Below, in pieces: positions 1 through 9,006 of a stretch of 64,000 bases of DNA; the stretch's first letter is position 1, and each line of letters starts with the position of its first letter. The translations under genes were made by a program, and so were the position numbers. This DNA comes from Minisyncoccota bacterium (GTDB lineage: Bacteria > Patescibacteriota > Minisyncoccia > UBA6257 > 2-01-FULL-56-20): contig JBAYLC010000003.1 of assembly GCA_041664245.1 (NCBI GenBank), positions 394 to 64,393 on the forward strand, in the 5' to 3' direction. Below the pieces are notes generated by a model. It was not told where the DNA came from, did not search any database, and saw nothing but the letters and a program-made list of their open reading frames with translations.

Positions 1-324
1 ATTCATCGCGTAAACTCCAAATGTATAATTTATTCCGGCTGCAAGTGAAATCGGCTGATGCAAATAAGAATTAGTGACTGCAAACACCCGCCAGGTTCCC
101 GCCTGCGCAAGATTATTCATACAACCGGCATTATTATTACTCACCGTCCATCCCGGCGGCGGGTTTGTTGCCACCGTACAACTTTCAAAACCCGAATCAT
201 TTAAAGAAACAGATTGTGCCTGCGCTAAATCAGGAGTCAATCCGCCAAAAACAAAAATCGAAATAACCAACACTAAAATACTTGCTCTATTAAATAAACG
301 GTTTGAGAATAAATCAGCAACCAT
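1..324 (-). CDS. secreted protein, 5'-partial view (start ATG at 324, runs off window start); N-terminal signal peptide (MVADLFSNRLFNRASILVLVISIFVFGGLTPDLAQA..)
   Basis: I translated the minus strand manually. It is an open frame with no stop before the window edge, and the N-terminus is hydrophobic with an AQA cleavage-like site. It is not in the ORF track because no stop lies inside the window. Confidence 0.5.
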   Translation of the reverse strand, partial: MVADLFSNRLFNRASILVLVISIFVFGGLTPDLAQAQSVSLNDSGFESCTVATNPPPGWTVSNNNAGCMNNLAQAGTWRVFAVTNSYLHQPISLAAGINYTFGVYAMN

Positions 325-444
325 TTTCACGTTATTAAATGTTATAAACATAGAGAAATTATAACATTTAAGAGGCCCGCAAAACATCAAGCCGAAACTT
401 TTATAAAAACCGTACAGGTATTTTTTTTACTCGCTTTTTCTTTG

Positions 445-516
445 CGCCCCCGGCAGGAATCGAACCCGCATCAGCGCCTTAGAAGAGCGTTGCTCTATCC
501 ATTGAGCTACAGGGGC
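445..516 (-). tRNA. tRNA-Arg (anticodon TCT)
   Basis: I folded a cloverleaf by eye. The acceptor stem is GCCCCTG/CGGGGGC, the D stem GCTC/GAGC, and the anticodon loop CTTCTAA with U33 and A37. The T loop is TTCGATT. The first anticodon-stem pair is an A.C mismatch. Confidence 0.75.
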
Positions 517-596
517 AGCGTCAACTCAAAAATTATCAAAAACTTGCTCGATTAGCAAATATTATTTAATCTGATTCTGACAAATCAATTTCACTT

Positions 597-667
597 CGGG
601 GTGTAGTATACCGGTAGTACGCATGCTTTGGGAGCATGTAGACCGGGTTCAATTCCCGGCACCCCGA
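597..667 (+). tRNA. tRNA-Pro (anticodon TGG)
   Basis: The acceptor stem is CGGGGTG/CACCCCG, the anticodon stem CATGC/GCATG with loop TTTGGGA, and the T loop TTCAATT. Confidence 0.85.
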
Positions 668-685
668 CACTAGATTTTGTTAGCA

Positions 686-957
686 AGTTTACGAGCGTTA
701 CAAAATGTGGTGCCCCGAAGAAGTCCCGCAAAGCGGGACGGAAGCGGAGCAATAGAATTGAACAAAGTGAAATTAGAGTTTCTTATGTCCCGCCGATGGC
801 GGGACATTCTAATTAAACTCTCGAATTTTACAAAATCTCATGCCCCGAAGAAAGCGGGGCATTAGAATTTAATCTACGAGCATTAGAATGAAATAAAAAA
901 ATGCGGGTGAGGAAATCTTCCTTACCCGCAAGTCCTCTCCAGATAGTTCAGGCTGCT
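686..957. repeat. two degenerate tandem units (~135 nt) built from GC-rich hairpins (GTCCCGC-N-GCGGGAC, TGCCCCG-N-CGGGGCA) each followed by a TAGAAT/ATTCTAA motif; a further related hairpin lies at 1055-1078
   Basis: I saw direct repeats of tacaaaat..tgccccgaagaa and tacgagc. The hairpins are at 723-739, 787-805, 841-861, 902-929 and 1055-1078. There is no ORF in the region. Confidence 0.6.
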
Positions 958-1373
958 CCCCTTTTGTGAATCCGATAGGTTATCTTCAGGAACCCAAGCT
1001 CCTCCTTTCTCTACCCCGAGAAAATCTATAACTCAAGAATAAAAGTTCCACATTGGGCGGGACAAGAATGTCCCGCCCATAATAACTGAATTTCAACTTC
1101 CGGGGAGAAAGTTAGAAATCCGATACTTCGCGCTCCCACAAGGTCTTAGTCTTATAGAAAACGTAAAGAGAAAAAGGTGAGTAAATCAAGAAGGCCAAGC
1201 AACCACCCCTTTGCTTCCGAATCTATCCTAAAAAAACTTAGCAAATTACTAATTTAATTTTAATCCTCCATCACGAAGTTACAAGTGCAAAAAAAGACAT
1301 ACCTGCACTACATAATTTAATAAAGAGTTAAGATAGTGCTGTGCGCTACGTAGCTCCGCAAGGAGCGAAGTAG

Positions 1374-1445
1374 TGGGCGTTGTAGGGATTGAACCTACGA
1401 CCTTCTCGGTGTAAACGAGACGCTCTACCACTGAGCTAAACGCCC
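1374..1445 (-). tRNA. tRNA-Val (anticodon TAC)
   Basis: The reverse complement reads GGGCGTTTAGCTCAGTGGTAGAGC..CTCG-TTTACAC-CGAG..GGTTCAATCC..AACGCCCA, a canonical Val tRNA. Confidence 0.9.
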
Positions 1446-1503
1446 AAGTGTGGCGGGGCAAGCTGAGCTAAGTTCCCCAAGCCAAAAATATACTCAAGAA
1501 CCG

Positions 1504-2334
1504 CTAAGAATTCAACTTCCAAAAATTATTAAATAATTTTGCCACCAATACCGGCCCCGTTCCGCCCGGTGTCGGTGTATAAAAAATCTTTTTATCATCC
1601 GCTCCGGATAAATCAAAATCGCCGCTAATTTTATCCCCCTCTCGGCCATAACCGAAGTCAACTACCAACGCTCCTGATTTCAAATCCGCCGCCGAAAAAA
1701 GTTTCGGCACTCCTGCTCCACTCACCACCACATCAGCATCACTGAGTTTAGCACGAACATCCTTCACGGTATTATCAAGCACTGTTAATTCCCCCACTCG
1801 ATTCTGCAACCAAAACCCTAACGGCTTCCCAATTAAAAACCCCGCCCCAATTAAAACCACTTTCAAATCCCGCAAATTTGGAAATTCTCCATTCTTAATT
1901 CTCCATTCTAAAATTTCATTAAGCGCTTCCACCGCCGGCGGCGCCACCTTTCCCCTACCGGTATAAAACGCTCCTAACGCTTGCTCGCTCAAACAATCGA
2001 CATCTTTTTCCTTTGGTATCGCGTTCAAAACATAATGACGATTAATCCCTTCGGGAATAGGCAGCTGCACAATAAATCCGCCGCAATTTTTTGGCCGCGA
2101 CAACATTCCAATCTCCGCTCGCAAATCATCTGTTGTCACTGTTGCCGACGCTCTGTGAAGTCGGAAACTAATTCCCAATTCTTCCGCCACTTTTTTCTTT
2201 TGATTCAAAAAATTAACCGAAGCCTGATCGTCGCCAACAAGCAACGCTCCCATAAATTTACTCTGCCGCTCTCCCTTCTTTAGCTTCAGCTCATCAACAA
2301 TTTTTTTCGCAATTTCCTTTCCTTCAATAATCAT
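1504..2334 (-). CDS. folD: bifunctional methylenetetrahydrofolate dehydrogenase/cyclohydrolase
   Basis: The 276 aa product has FolD-like conserved blocks (VLIGAGFLIGKPL, TPTPGGTGPV). It overlaps glyA by 1 nt. Confidence 0.9.
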   Translation of the reverse strand: MIIEGKEIAKKIVDELKLKKGERQSKFMGALLVGDDQASVNFLNQKKKVAEELGISFRLHRASATVTTDDLRAEIGMLSRPKNCGGFIVQLPIPEGINRHYVLNAIPKEKDVDCLSEQALGAFYTGRGKVAPPAVEALNEILEWRIKNGEFPNLRDLKVVLIGAGFLIGKPLGFWLQNRVGELTVLDNTVKDVRAKLSDADVVVSGAGVPKLFSAADLKSGALVVDFGYGREGDKISGDFDLSGADDKKIFYTPTPGGTGPVLVAKLFNNFWKLNS

Positions 2335-3587
2335 TAAATTTTATATTTAAGAGGAAATCTCGCGCACAATTTCCCCACCTCGTCCAAAACATTTTTATTT
2401 TCCAGCAACACATCCCTAATCAACCGCGCCACTATTTTCATTTCCTCTTCTTTCATCCCCCTCGTAGTTAGAGCTGGCGTTCCCAGCCGAATTCCCGATG
2501 GGTCCATCGGCGTTCGCGAATCATAAGGAATAGTATTTTTATTGACAATAATTCCGTTCTTTTCCAATTGATCACCCGCATCTTTTCCGCTAATTCCTTT
2601 TTCAAAAACATCAATCAAAATCAAATGTGTTTCTGTTCCGCCAGCCACAATTCTGAAACCAAATTTCTTTAATTCTTCAGCTAGTGTTTTGGCATTTGAA
2701 ACGATCTGTTTCGCGTATTCTTTAAATTCTGACTTCATCGCCTCTCCAAACGCCACCGCTATCGCCGCAATCTGATTTGCATGCGGCCCGCCTTGGAGTC
2801 CCGGAAACACCGCCCTATCAACCGCCTTCCACCCTTCAATCTCTTTCCCATTATTCATAATTCTTAATTCTTTATTCGTAAATATCACCCCCGCTCTCGG
2901 CCCTCTTAGTGTTTTGTGCGCAGTCGTCATCACCACATCCGCGTATTCAAACGGTGTTGGATAAACTTCGCCCGCCACCAGCCCAGCAAAATGAGACATA
3001 TCAACCATCAAATATGCCCCTACCTCGTCCGCAATCTCCCTAAATTTTTTGAAATCAATAATTTTTGAGTAAGCCGTAAATCCCGCGACTATCAGCTTTG
3101 GTTTTTCCCTCTTCGCCATTTCTCTAATTTCTTCATAATTTAATTCCTCTGTTTCTTTGTCTAATGTGTACGGCGCCGATTCCCAAACTTTAGAAGTAAA
3201 ACTAACTTTATGTCCGTGCGTTAAATGTCCGCCCATATCCAACTGCAAGCCCATAATTTTTTCACCGACCGGCACTAGAGCAAAATAAATCGCCAAATTC
3301 GCCGGCGAACCGGAATATGGTTGGACATTAACCTGCCACTCGTTTTCATTAAGTCCGAAAAGTTTAAGCGCTCTCGTCTTCGTTAGAATCTCTAGCTGAT
3401 CAACATTTTCGTTACCGCCATAATATCTCATCTCCGAATACCCCTCGGCATACTTATTGGTAAATATTGACCCAAGCGCCTCGAGCACATCTTCCGAAAC
3501 AAAATTCTCCGATGGAATTAAGTCCAAAGTATCATTTTGCCTCTTCGTTTCCGCCTTAATTAAATTTTCTATTTCCTTGTCAACCAT
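2334..3587 (-). CDS. glyA: serine hydroxymethyltransferase
   Basis: The 417 aa product carries DLIPSENF and TTAHKTLRGPR (the PLP lysine region). Confidence 0.95.
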   Translation of the reverse strand: MVDKEIENLIKAETKRQNDTLDLIPSENFVSEDVLEALGSIFTNKYAEGYSEMRYYGGNENVDQLEILTKTRALKLFGLNENEWQVNVQPYSGSPANLAIYFALVPVGEKIMGLQLDMGGHLTHGHKVSFTSKVWESAPYTLDKETEELNYEEIREMAKREKPKLIVAGFTAYSKIIDFKKFREIADEVGAYLMVDMSHFAGLVAGEVYPTPFEYADVVMTTAHKTLRGPRAGVIFTNKELRIMNNGKEIEGWKAVDRAVFPGLQGGPHANQIAAIAVAFGEAMKSEFKEYAKQIVSNAKTLAEELKKFGFRIVAGGTETHLILIDVFEKGISGKDAGDQLEKNGIIVNKNTIPYDSRTPMDPSGIRLGTPALTTRGMKEEEMKIVARLIRDVLLENKNVLDEVGKLCARFPLKYKI

Positions 3588-3631
3588 AGGGCTGTTGCCA
3601 ACAATAATACCGCACCCTATACTTTAATCAA

Positions 3632-4234
3632 ATGATTCTCTCCGACCGCGACATCAAAAAAGCTCTTAAAACCGGCCAGATCGTAATCGATCCCCTTTTT
3701 CCAAACGCCATCCAACCGGCCTCAGTTGATCTTCATTTGGGCGGTGATTTTTTAGTTTTTAAAACCGAACAAAACGTCTGCATTGATCCCAAAGAACCAA
3801 TCGACCACATGATGGAAGAAGTAAAAATTGACGAACATCGCCAGTTCATAATTCACCCGGGCGAATTCGCCCTCGGTATGGCCTACGAAATAACTGGTGT
3901 AAGTGACAGCATGGTTGGCCGCCTTGAGGGCAAATCCTCGCTCGGTCGCATCGGCCTCATCATTCACGCCACCGCCGGCTATCTTGACCCTGGCAACAAA
4001 CTCAAAATGACGCTTGAGCTTCATAACATTTCTCCGCTTCCCATTAAGCTCTACTATAAAATGCCGATTGCCCAAATTTCCTTCACTCCGCTCTCCTCTG
4101 CCGCCGAACATCCCTACGGCCAGAAAAAACTAAACAGCAAATACTACGGCGCCATAAAACCGCAGGCCTCTCAATACTGGAAAAATTTCAAAAAGAATAA
4201 CGAGTGGATGAAGTTTGAGCAAAAATCAAAATAA
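3632..4234 (+). CDS. dcd: dCTP deaminase
   Basis: The 200 aa product has the ASVDLHLG and HPGEFALG motifs of the dCTP deaminase/dUTPase superfamily. Confidence 0.85.
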   Translation: MILSDRDIKKALKTGQIVIDPLFPNAIQPASVDLHLGGDFLVFKTEQNVCIDPKEPIDHMMEEVKIDEHRQFIIHPGEFALGMAYEITGVSDSMVGRLEGKSSLGRIGLIIHATAGYLDPGNKLKMTLELHNISPLPIKLYYKMPIAQISFTPLSSAAEHPYGQKKLNSKYYGAIKPQASQYWKNFKKNNEWMKFEQKSK

Positions 4235-4265
4235 CAAAAAAGATTGGTCCGAAAACCAATCCTTT

Positions 4266-4751
4266 TCAAAATTGCTCAACCTCAAATGGATCAAACCGAT
4301 CCACTCTTTTCCCGTCAGTAGAAAATCGAATGACTGCTCGGAGTTTTACTCCTTCCAATATTTGCGGCAGCCATTTTTTATCCGCTACCCACATCCGATC
4401 AAAAGGAATCTCCTCAAAGAAAAACCATTCCGGCTCGCCCATTTCTTCCGAAGCCTTTAGTTCGCCGACCCAATCTTCAATCAAAAAAATGTGCAAAACA
4501 AATTTCGGTTCCTCGCCGAAAAAAGTTATTATAATCGCCACTTTTGTGATTTTAGCTCCGCGAACATCCAAGCCCGATTCTTCTTTAATCTCTCGAAAAA
4601 GTGCTTCTTCTTCCGTCTCGCCATCCTCTATCCGGCCGCCATATCCATTCTGATTGCCTGCTCCAAATCCCTTAAGTTTCAGAGGCAAGCAAACCCGACG
4701 GTCTTTCACGAAAAATCCTACTACCGCATGTTGCATTCTTACCTCCTTCAA
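4266..4751 (-). CDS. Nudix hydrolase (MutT-like)
   Basis: It has a canonical Nudix box, GGRIEDGETEEEALFREIKEESGL. A Shine-Dalgarno sequence (aaggagg) lies upstream of the start. Confidence 0.85.
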   Translation of the reverse strand: MKEVRMQHAVVGFFVKDRRVCLPLKLKGFGAGNQNGYGGRIEDGETEEEALFREIKEESGLDVRGAKITKVAIIITFFGEEPKFVLHIFLIEDWVGELKASEEMGEPEWFFFEEIPFDRMWVADKKWLPQILEGVKLRAVIRFSTDGKRVDRFDPFEVEQF

Positions 4752-4777
4752 AAAACTAACCCCATCCTAAGTCTCTA

Positions 4778-4806
4778 AAAAACAAAAAGCAAGCAAATAA
4801 CTTGCT
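4778..4806 (-). terminator. intrinsic terminator downstream of tRNA-His
   Basis: The minus-strand hairpin agcaag-ttatttg-cttgct is followed by a T-run. Confidence 0.5.
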
Positions 4807-4826
4807 CCGAATTTTTAATTTCCTAA

Positions 4827-4900
4827 TGGGTGCCTAATGGGAATTGAACCCATATCGCCGCTTCCACAGAGCGGAGCTTTACCACTAAGCTATAGGCACC
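4827..4900 (-). tRNA. tRNA-His (anticodon GTG) with genomically encoded G-1
   Basis: The tRNA reads G-GTGCCTA..CCGCT-CTGTGGA-AGCGG..TTCAATT..TAGGCAC-C-CA. Confidence 0.9.
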
Positions 4901-4973
4901 ATCTTTTTGTAATCCCATCTTAAATAAAACCCGATTTCCCGTCAAACCAAATCCGATCTGCTATAATTGTTCA

Positions 4974-5609
4974 ATGCTAAACGGCGTCGAAACTCTAGCC
5001 AACGGCCACCATCTCCTTTACTACACCATTGTATTTCTCTCCGCCATCATCATCGGCAATGCCGCCGCTTTTTCCAGCTTCTGGCTTGCCCTCTTTGGTT
5101 ATCTCGGACGTTGGGGAATGCTCTTAACCATCCTCACTGTTCTCGCCGCTGATATTATAAACGATGTTGGCTGGTATTTGCTCGGCCGCAGTCTCCACGA
5201 TACCCGCTTCGGCGAATGGCTCAAAAAAAGATTTACCAATCACCACCGTATTGAAGACTACATCCACGAAGGCAGCATCAAGTGGCTCTTCCTGGCTAAG
5301 TTTATCTCGAGCACCAACGCGCCGATTGTTTTTCTAGCCGGGTGGGCTAAAGTAAATTTTAAAGAATTCTTTAAAACCAGCCTAGCTGCCATTTTCGTCT
5401 GGATCGTCGGGATGCTCGGCGCCGTTTATTTTATCTCTTCCGGCTTTATTCCTTTAAAATCACTCCAGTTTTTCAAAAAAACCGAGTCAGTCGTTCTTAT
5501 TATTATTGTCAGCGTTATCATCTTTCTTATCCTCAACTACCTTGCCCACTATCTAATCAAAAAAGGGATTCTTAAATTTAAAAAAGAAGAAGAAAGATCT
5601 GATCAATAA
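4974..5609 (+). CDS. DedA/SNARE-associated (TVP38/TMEM64) family membrane protein
   Basis: The 211 aa polytopic membrane protein has a DedA-like G-rich reentrant motif, LGRSLHDTRFGEW. Confidence 0.65.
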   Translation: MLNGVETLANGHHLLYYTIVFLSAIIIGNAAAFSSFWLALFGYLGRWGMLLTILTVLAADIINDVGWYLLGRSLHDTRFGEWLKKRFTNHHRIEDYIHEGSIKWLFLAKFISSTNAPIVFLAGWAKVNFKEFFKTSLAAIFVWIVGMLGAVYFISSGFIPLKSLQFFKKTESVVLIIIVSVIIFLILNYLAHYLIKKGILKFKKEEERSDQ

Positions 5610-5671
5610 AGAAAGAAATAGAATTGACTTATCACCTAAAAACGTCTATTATCTAATTCACTAAAACCTTT

Positions 5672-5929
5672 ATGCCAATCACCAAATCCGCCAAAAAAGC
5701 TCTCCGGCAAAATGTCTCCCGCCGGAAACAAAATTTGAAACGAAAAGAGACCTACAAGCAGGTTGTAAAAGAAGTTCGCAAGCTTGCAAAAAACAAGCAA
5801 AAAACAGAGGCCCAAGCTCTTTTATCGAAAGCCTTTCAGGCGTTGGATAAAGCCGCTAAAACCAACGTCATCAAAAAAAATAAGGCCAGCCGCCTCAAAT
5901 CTCGCATTTCTAAAATTCTAGGGAAATAG
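5672..5929 (+). CDS. rpsT: 30S ribosomal protein S20
   Basis: The 85 aa basic helical protein begins MPITKSAKKALRQN and has KNKASRLKS near its end. Confidence 0.85.
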   Translation: MPITKSAKKALRQNVSRRKQNLKRKETYKQVVKEVRKLAKNKQKTEAQALLSKAFQALDKAAKTNVIKKNKASRLKSRISKILGK

Positions 5930-6715
5930 CTAACTAAGCGCTAAATCAACCAGCGCTTCTTCATAATCCATTTTCCCTGACTTAATCGCCAAATCATAAC
6001 CTGCGATTTTTTCTATCTTTTCCGGTAATTGGTAAGCAATAATATTAAAAACTTTTGCCGTTGGCTCATTCGTGCCCAACATTTTCTCAAGCGCTCGCAA
6101 TCGATCACCTAAAAACCGGCTTTTAAATCCCAAAATCAAACTCCAAAAATTAGGCATCACTTCTAGTCCCATTTTTTCCAAATCTTTCCTATCAATAATT
6201 TCTAGTTCCAAACATCTCAATTTATCTAATTCAGTCACCAAACGCCAAGGATTTCCTTCGTAAACTTTCTCTAAAAAATCCACCGCTGCCGGCGCAAAAT
6301 TCATCTCCCTTTTTTTAATTTCCCTTTTCACAAAAAGATTCCACTCTTTTCCTTTTAAAACATCAAACCCTTGGGTAAGCACAGGTTTTTTGAGAAGAAA
6401 ATTTAATTCCTTTCCCGGTTTATCCGGTGTGGAAATAACCACCGTTACGCTTTTATTCTCTAAAAATAATTTAAGCTCCTCCGCCAAGCCTTTAGCTGGC
6501 ACCTCTAAAATTCCACCTATCACAACAAGTTTTGCTGATTCGAAGATAGATTGATTTCTAAGAAAACTTTTAAATTCTTCAAACCAATTCAAATCTCCTT
6601 CGGCAGAAAAAAATCGCACGCTAAGCCCTGAACGCTTCTTTAGAAATTCCCCAACAATCGCCCGCCGTTTTTCTTCTCGTCTATAGTCGTCAGGACCATA
6701 TAAAAATATAATCAT
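5930..6715 (-). CDS. holA: DNA polymerase III delta subunit-like protein (tentative)
   Basis: The 261 aa product has an N-terminal FLYGPDDY motif resembling the HolA YLLYGEE start. I have no stronger motif. Confidence 0.45.
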   Translation of the reverse strand: MIIFLYGPDDYRREEKRRAIVGEFLKKRSGLSVRFFSAEGDLNWFEEFKSFLRNQSIFESAKLVVIGGILEVPAKGLAEELKLFLENKSVTVVISTPDKPGKELNFLLKKPVLTQGFDVLKGKEWNLFVKREIKKREMNFAPAAVDFLEKVYEGNPWRLVTELDKLRCLELEIIDRKDLEKMGLEVMPNFWSLILGFKSRFLGDRLRALEKMLGTNEPTAKVFNIIAYQLPEKIEKIAGYDLAIKSGKMDYEEALVDLALS

Positions 6716-6725
6716 TTTTAAAATT

Positions 6726-7610
6726 TTAGCTTATCAATTCCTGGCACTTTGAACAAAAATGCGCCGACCTCCCACCAATTTTCATCCGCTGAATTATATG
6801 CTTTTTCGGGCATTTCTGGCCAGTTTTCTGATAAACCAAAATCACCTTTCCATATTCTCCTTTTTTCCCGGCCGTATCTCGAAAATCATCCGAACTCGTT
6901 CCTCGAAATTTTATCCCCTTATTTAAAATTTCCCGCATCGCTTTAAATATGGCTTTTAAATGTTTCTCCTTTAATTTTTCCACCCGGCTCGCCGGATGGA
7001 TCTTGGCCTTGTATAAAACTTCATCCGAATAAATATTACCGATTCCAACAACAAAACTCTGATCCATTAAAACCTGTTTGATCTTTCCCCGCTTCCCCTC
7101 AAACCTATCAGAAAATTCCCTGAAATTAATCACCAGCGCTTCCGGCCCTAACCCCTTTAAATCCGGCAAGTTGAAAATTTCTTCTTTTGGCCCGCAGAGC
7201 ACTTTCGCAAATCTTCTTAAATCCGAAAGTGCTAGCATATTAGAATTTTTTGGCCCATCTAAAAATAAAATCAGCCGGATAAATCCATTTTTCGGATCCG
7301 CCATTAATTTCGACTTCGAAACCGGAATCCATTTGCGATTTGCGATTTGCCACTTGCCGACTAACGGATGCCCCGTCATTTTTAAATGAATTAGGAGTAA
7401 GTGTTTGTCGGAAAGATGAATTAGAATATTTTTTCCTCGCCTCTCAACTCCTTCTATTTTTTTTCTCAAAACATGTTTCTTAAAAGTCGCCAAACTATAA
7501 TGCGGTTTAAAATACTTCGGCCAATCCGTCCAAACATCCAAAATTCGCCGTCCAATTATTTTCAGGCGCAAATCCCTAACCACTGTTTCAACCTCAGGCA
7601 ATTCTGGCAT
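6726..7610 (-). CDS. mutM: formamidopyrimidine-DNA glycosylase
   Basis: The N-terminus is MPELPEVE with catalytic Pro2 and Glu3. The C-terminus has a zinc finger, CPKKHII..HFCSKCQ. Confidence 0.9.
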   Translation of the reverse strand: MPELPEVETVVRDLRLKIIGRRILDVWTDWPKYFKPHYSLATFKKHVLRKKIEGVERRGKNILIHLSDKHLLLIHLKMTGHPLVGKWQIANRKWIPVSKSKLMADPKNGFIRLILFLDGPKNSNMLALSDLRRFAKVLCGPKEEIFNLPDLKGLGPEALVINFREFSDRFEGKRGKIKQVLMDQSFVVGIGNIYSDEVLYKAKIHPASRVEKLKEKHLKAIFKAMREILNKGIKFRGTSSDDFRDTAGKKGEYGKVILVYQKTGQKCPKKHIIQRMKIGGRSAHFCSKCQELIS

Positions 7611-7641
7611 CTTATTTTAAAGCTAGACCCTAATCTAATTA

Positions 7642-8997
7642 TTACTCCTCCTGCGCCACCTCCTCAACCGGAATCACACTCCGATCGGTCGGCAAAGTGA
7701 AAAAGAAAGTTGTACCTCTATTTTCTTCCGACTCTGCCCAAACTTTTCCGCCGTGAGCCGCCACAATATTTTTATTAATATATAACCCTAAACCAGAACC
7801 TTCAGTCTGGAACTTAATCGCGTTCTCGGCTCGGAAAAATTTCATGAACATTTTTTTTAGTTCTATCTGTGGAATGCCAATTCCTGTATCTTTTATACTC
7901 ACCTGAATAAACGGCTGGTCGGGCAACTTTTCCACTTTTACCACTACCTCGCCATTTTGAACATTGTACCGAATCGCGTTATCTAAAAAGTTGTAAAAAA
8001 CCACCGAGAGTTTATCTTGATTCGTCATCACTTCCGGCAGCGGCTCGCCCGGCCTGTCAAAGTAAATTTTGATTCCTGCCCGCTTCGCTTGAGGCAAAAC
8101 ATTCGTCAAAATTTTATTAATGAAATCAATTAAATCAGTTGGTTCAAAAGTGTAACCAAATCTTCCCTCTTCAATCTTCGCTACATTAATCAAATCTTCA
8201 ATTATTTTTAAAAGTAGCTGGCCGGCCACCAGCGCGTTTTGAACCAAAGTTTTACTATTCTCATCAAGATTTTTATCTTGGCTTAGTGATTCAAGCGCCC
8301 AATTCACATTTGTGATTGGCCCCCTTAATTGATGGGAGGCCACCGTCACAAACTCGCTTTTTGAACGAAGTAAAAACTGCTCCCTCGTCCGGTCGCTTAT
8401 GGTTTTCATAAAACCTAAAAGATTCCCTCCCTCGTCCGTCACTGGCATTGTTGTTACTCGAAAATCCACCTCGGGGCCATCAAAAGAAAGATCGATCACT
8501 TGAGGATATTGTCCCGATTTTGACCGATTAATTACGGTTGGCGCGAGTGTCGGGAAAATCACCTGTGTGAAGAGTTTCCAACCAATTTGCCCTGCATCTT
8601 GCGGCGTAATCACTCTTCCTAAAACTTCACTAACCCTGATGTTAAAAAGCCGCTCCGCCGCCGGATTAAAAAACAAAATTCTAAACTCTCGGTCATAAAC
8701 AATAAGCGCGTCATCAAAATTCAAAATTATATTTTTAAACTCCCTATTTTCGGTTCGAATCCTGTAGTTTAGGGTAAATATTCTAAAAACCAAAAACATA
8801 ACAAGAAGTCCAACCAGCGCCAAAATTCCTCCATAGGTTACCGCCGATTGCGTATCCAGTTTATAAAAATAAAAACCTATCCCGCCTAAAATAATTAAAA
8901 TCAAAAGCGGTATCAAGAAAAATTTATAAAATTTGATCTCCCCGCCATATTCTGAACTACCCAACACCCCGATTTTTTTATCAAAAAATACTGCCAT
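7642..8997 (-). CDS. sensor histidine kinase (2 TM, PAS-like, HisKA + HATPase_c)
   Basis: It has an H-box (ASHQLRGPIT), an N-box (FYNFLDNAIRY) and a G-box (GSGLGLYI), plus N-terminal TM helices. No response regulator is adjacent. Confidence 0.85.
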   Translation of the reverse strand: MAVFFDKKIGVLGSSEYGGEIKFYKFFLIPLLILIILGGIGFYFYKLDTQSAVTYGGILALVGLLVMFLVFRIFTLNYRIRTENREFKNIILNFDDALIVYDREFRILFFNPAAERLFNIRVSEVLGRVITPQDAGQIGWKLFTQVIFPTLAPTVINRSKSGQYPQVIDLSFDGPEVDFRVTTMPVTDEGGNLLGFMKTISDRTREQFLLRSKSEFVTVASHQLRGPITNVNWALESLSQDKNLDENSKTLVQNALVAGQLLLKIIEDLINVAKIEEGRFGYTFEPTDLIDFINKILTNVLPQAKRAGIKIYFDRPGEPLPEVMTNQDKLSVVFYNFLDNAIRYNVQNGEVVVKVEKLPDQPFIQVSIKDTGIGIPQIELKKMFMKFFRAENAIKFQTEGSGLGLYINKNIVAAHGGKVWAESEENRGTTFFFTLPTDRSVIPVEEVAQEE

Positions 8998-9006
8998 CTG
9001 TTAAAT

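Noticed and set aside
74-364. The 96 aa plus-strand track ORF at the window start.
   Set aside because: The opposite strand carries a longer open frame with a convincing signal peptide that starts at 324 and runs off the window. The plus-strand ORF is probably its shadow.
1279-1461. The 60 aa minus-strand ORF.
   Set aside because: It overlaps tRNA-Val and its terminator-like hairpin, so it is spurious.
7300-7400. Tandem near-repeat (atttgcg atttgcg atttgcc acttgcc) as a possible repeat element.
   Set aside because: It lies in-frame inside the mutM CDS and encodes the KWQIANRKW segment. It is a short intragenic sequence repeat, not a separate feature.
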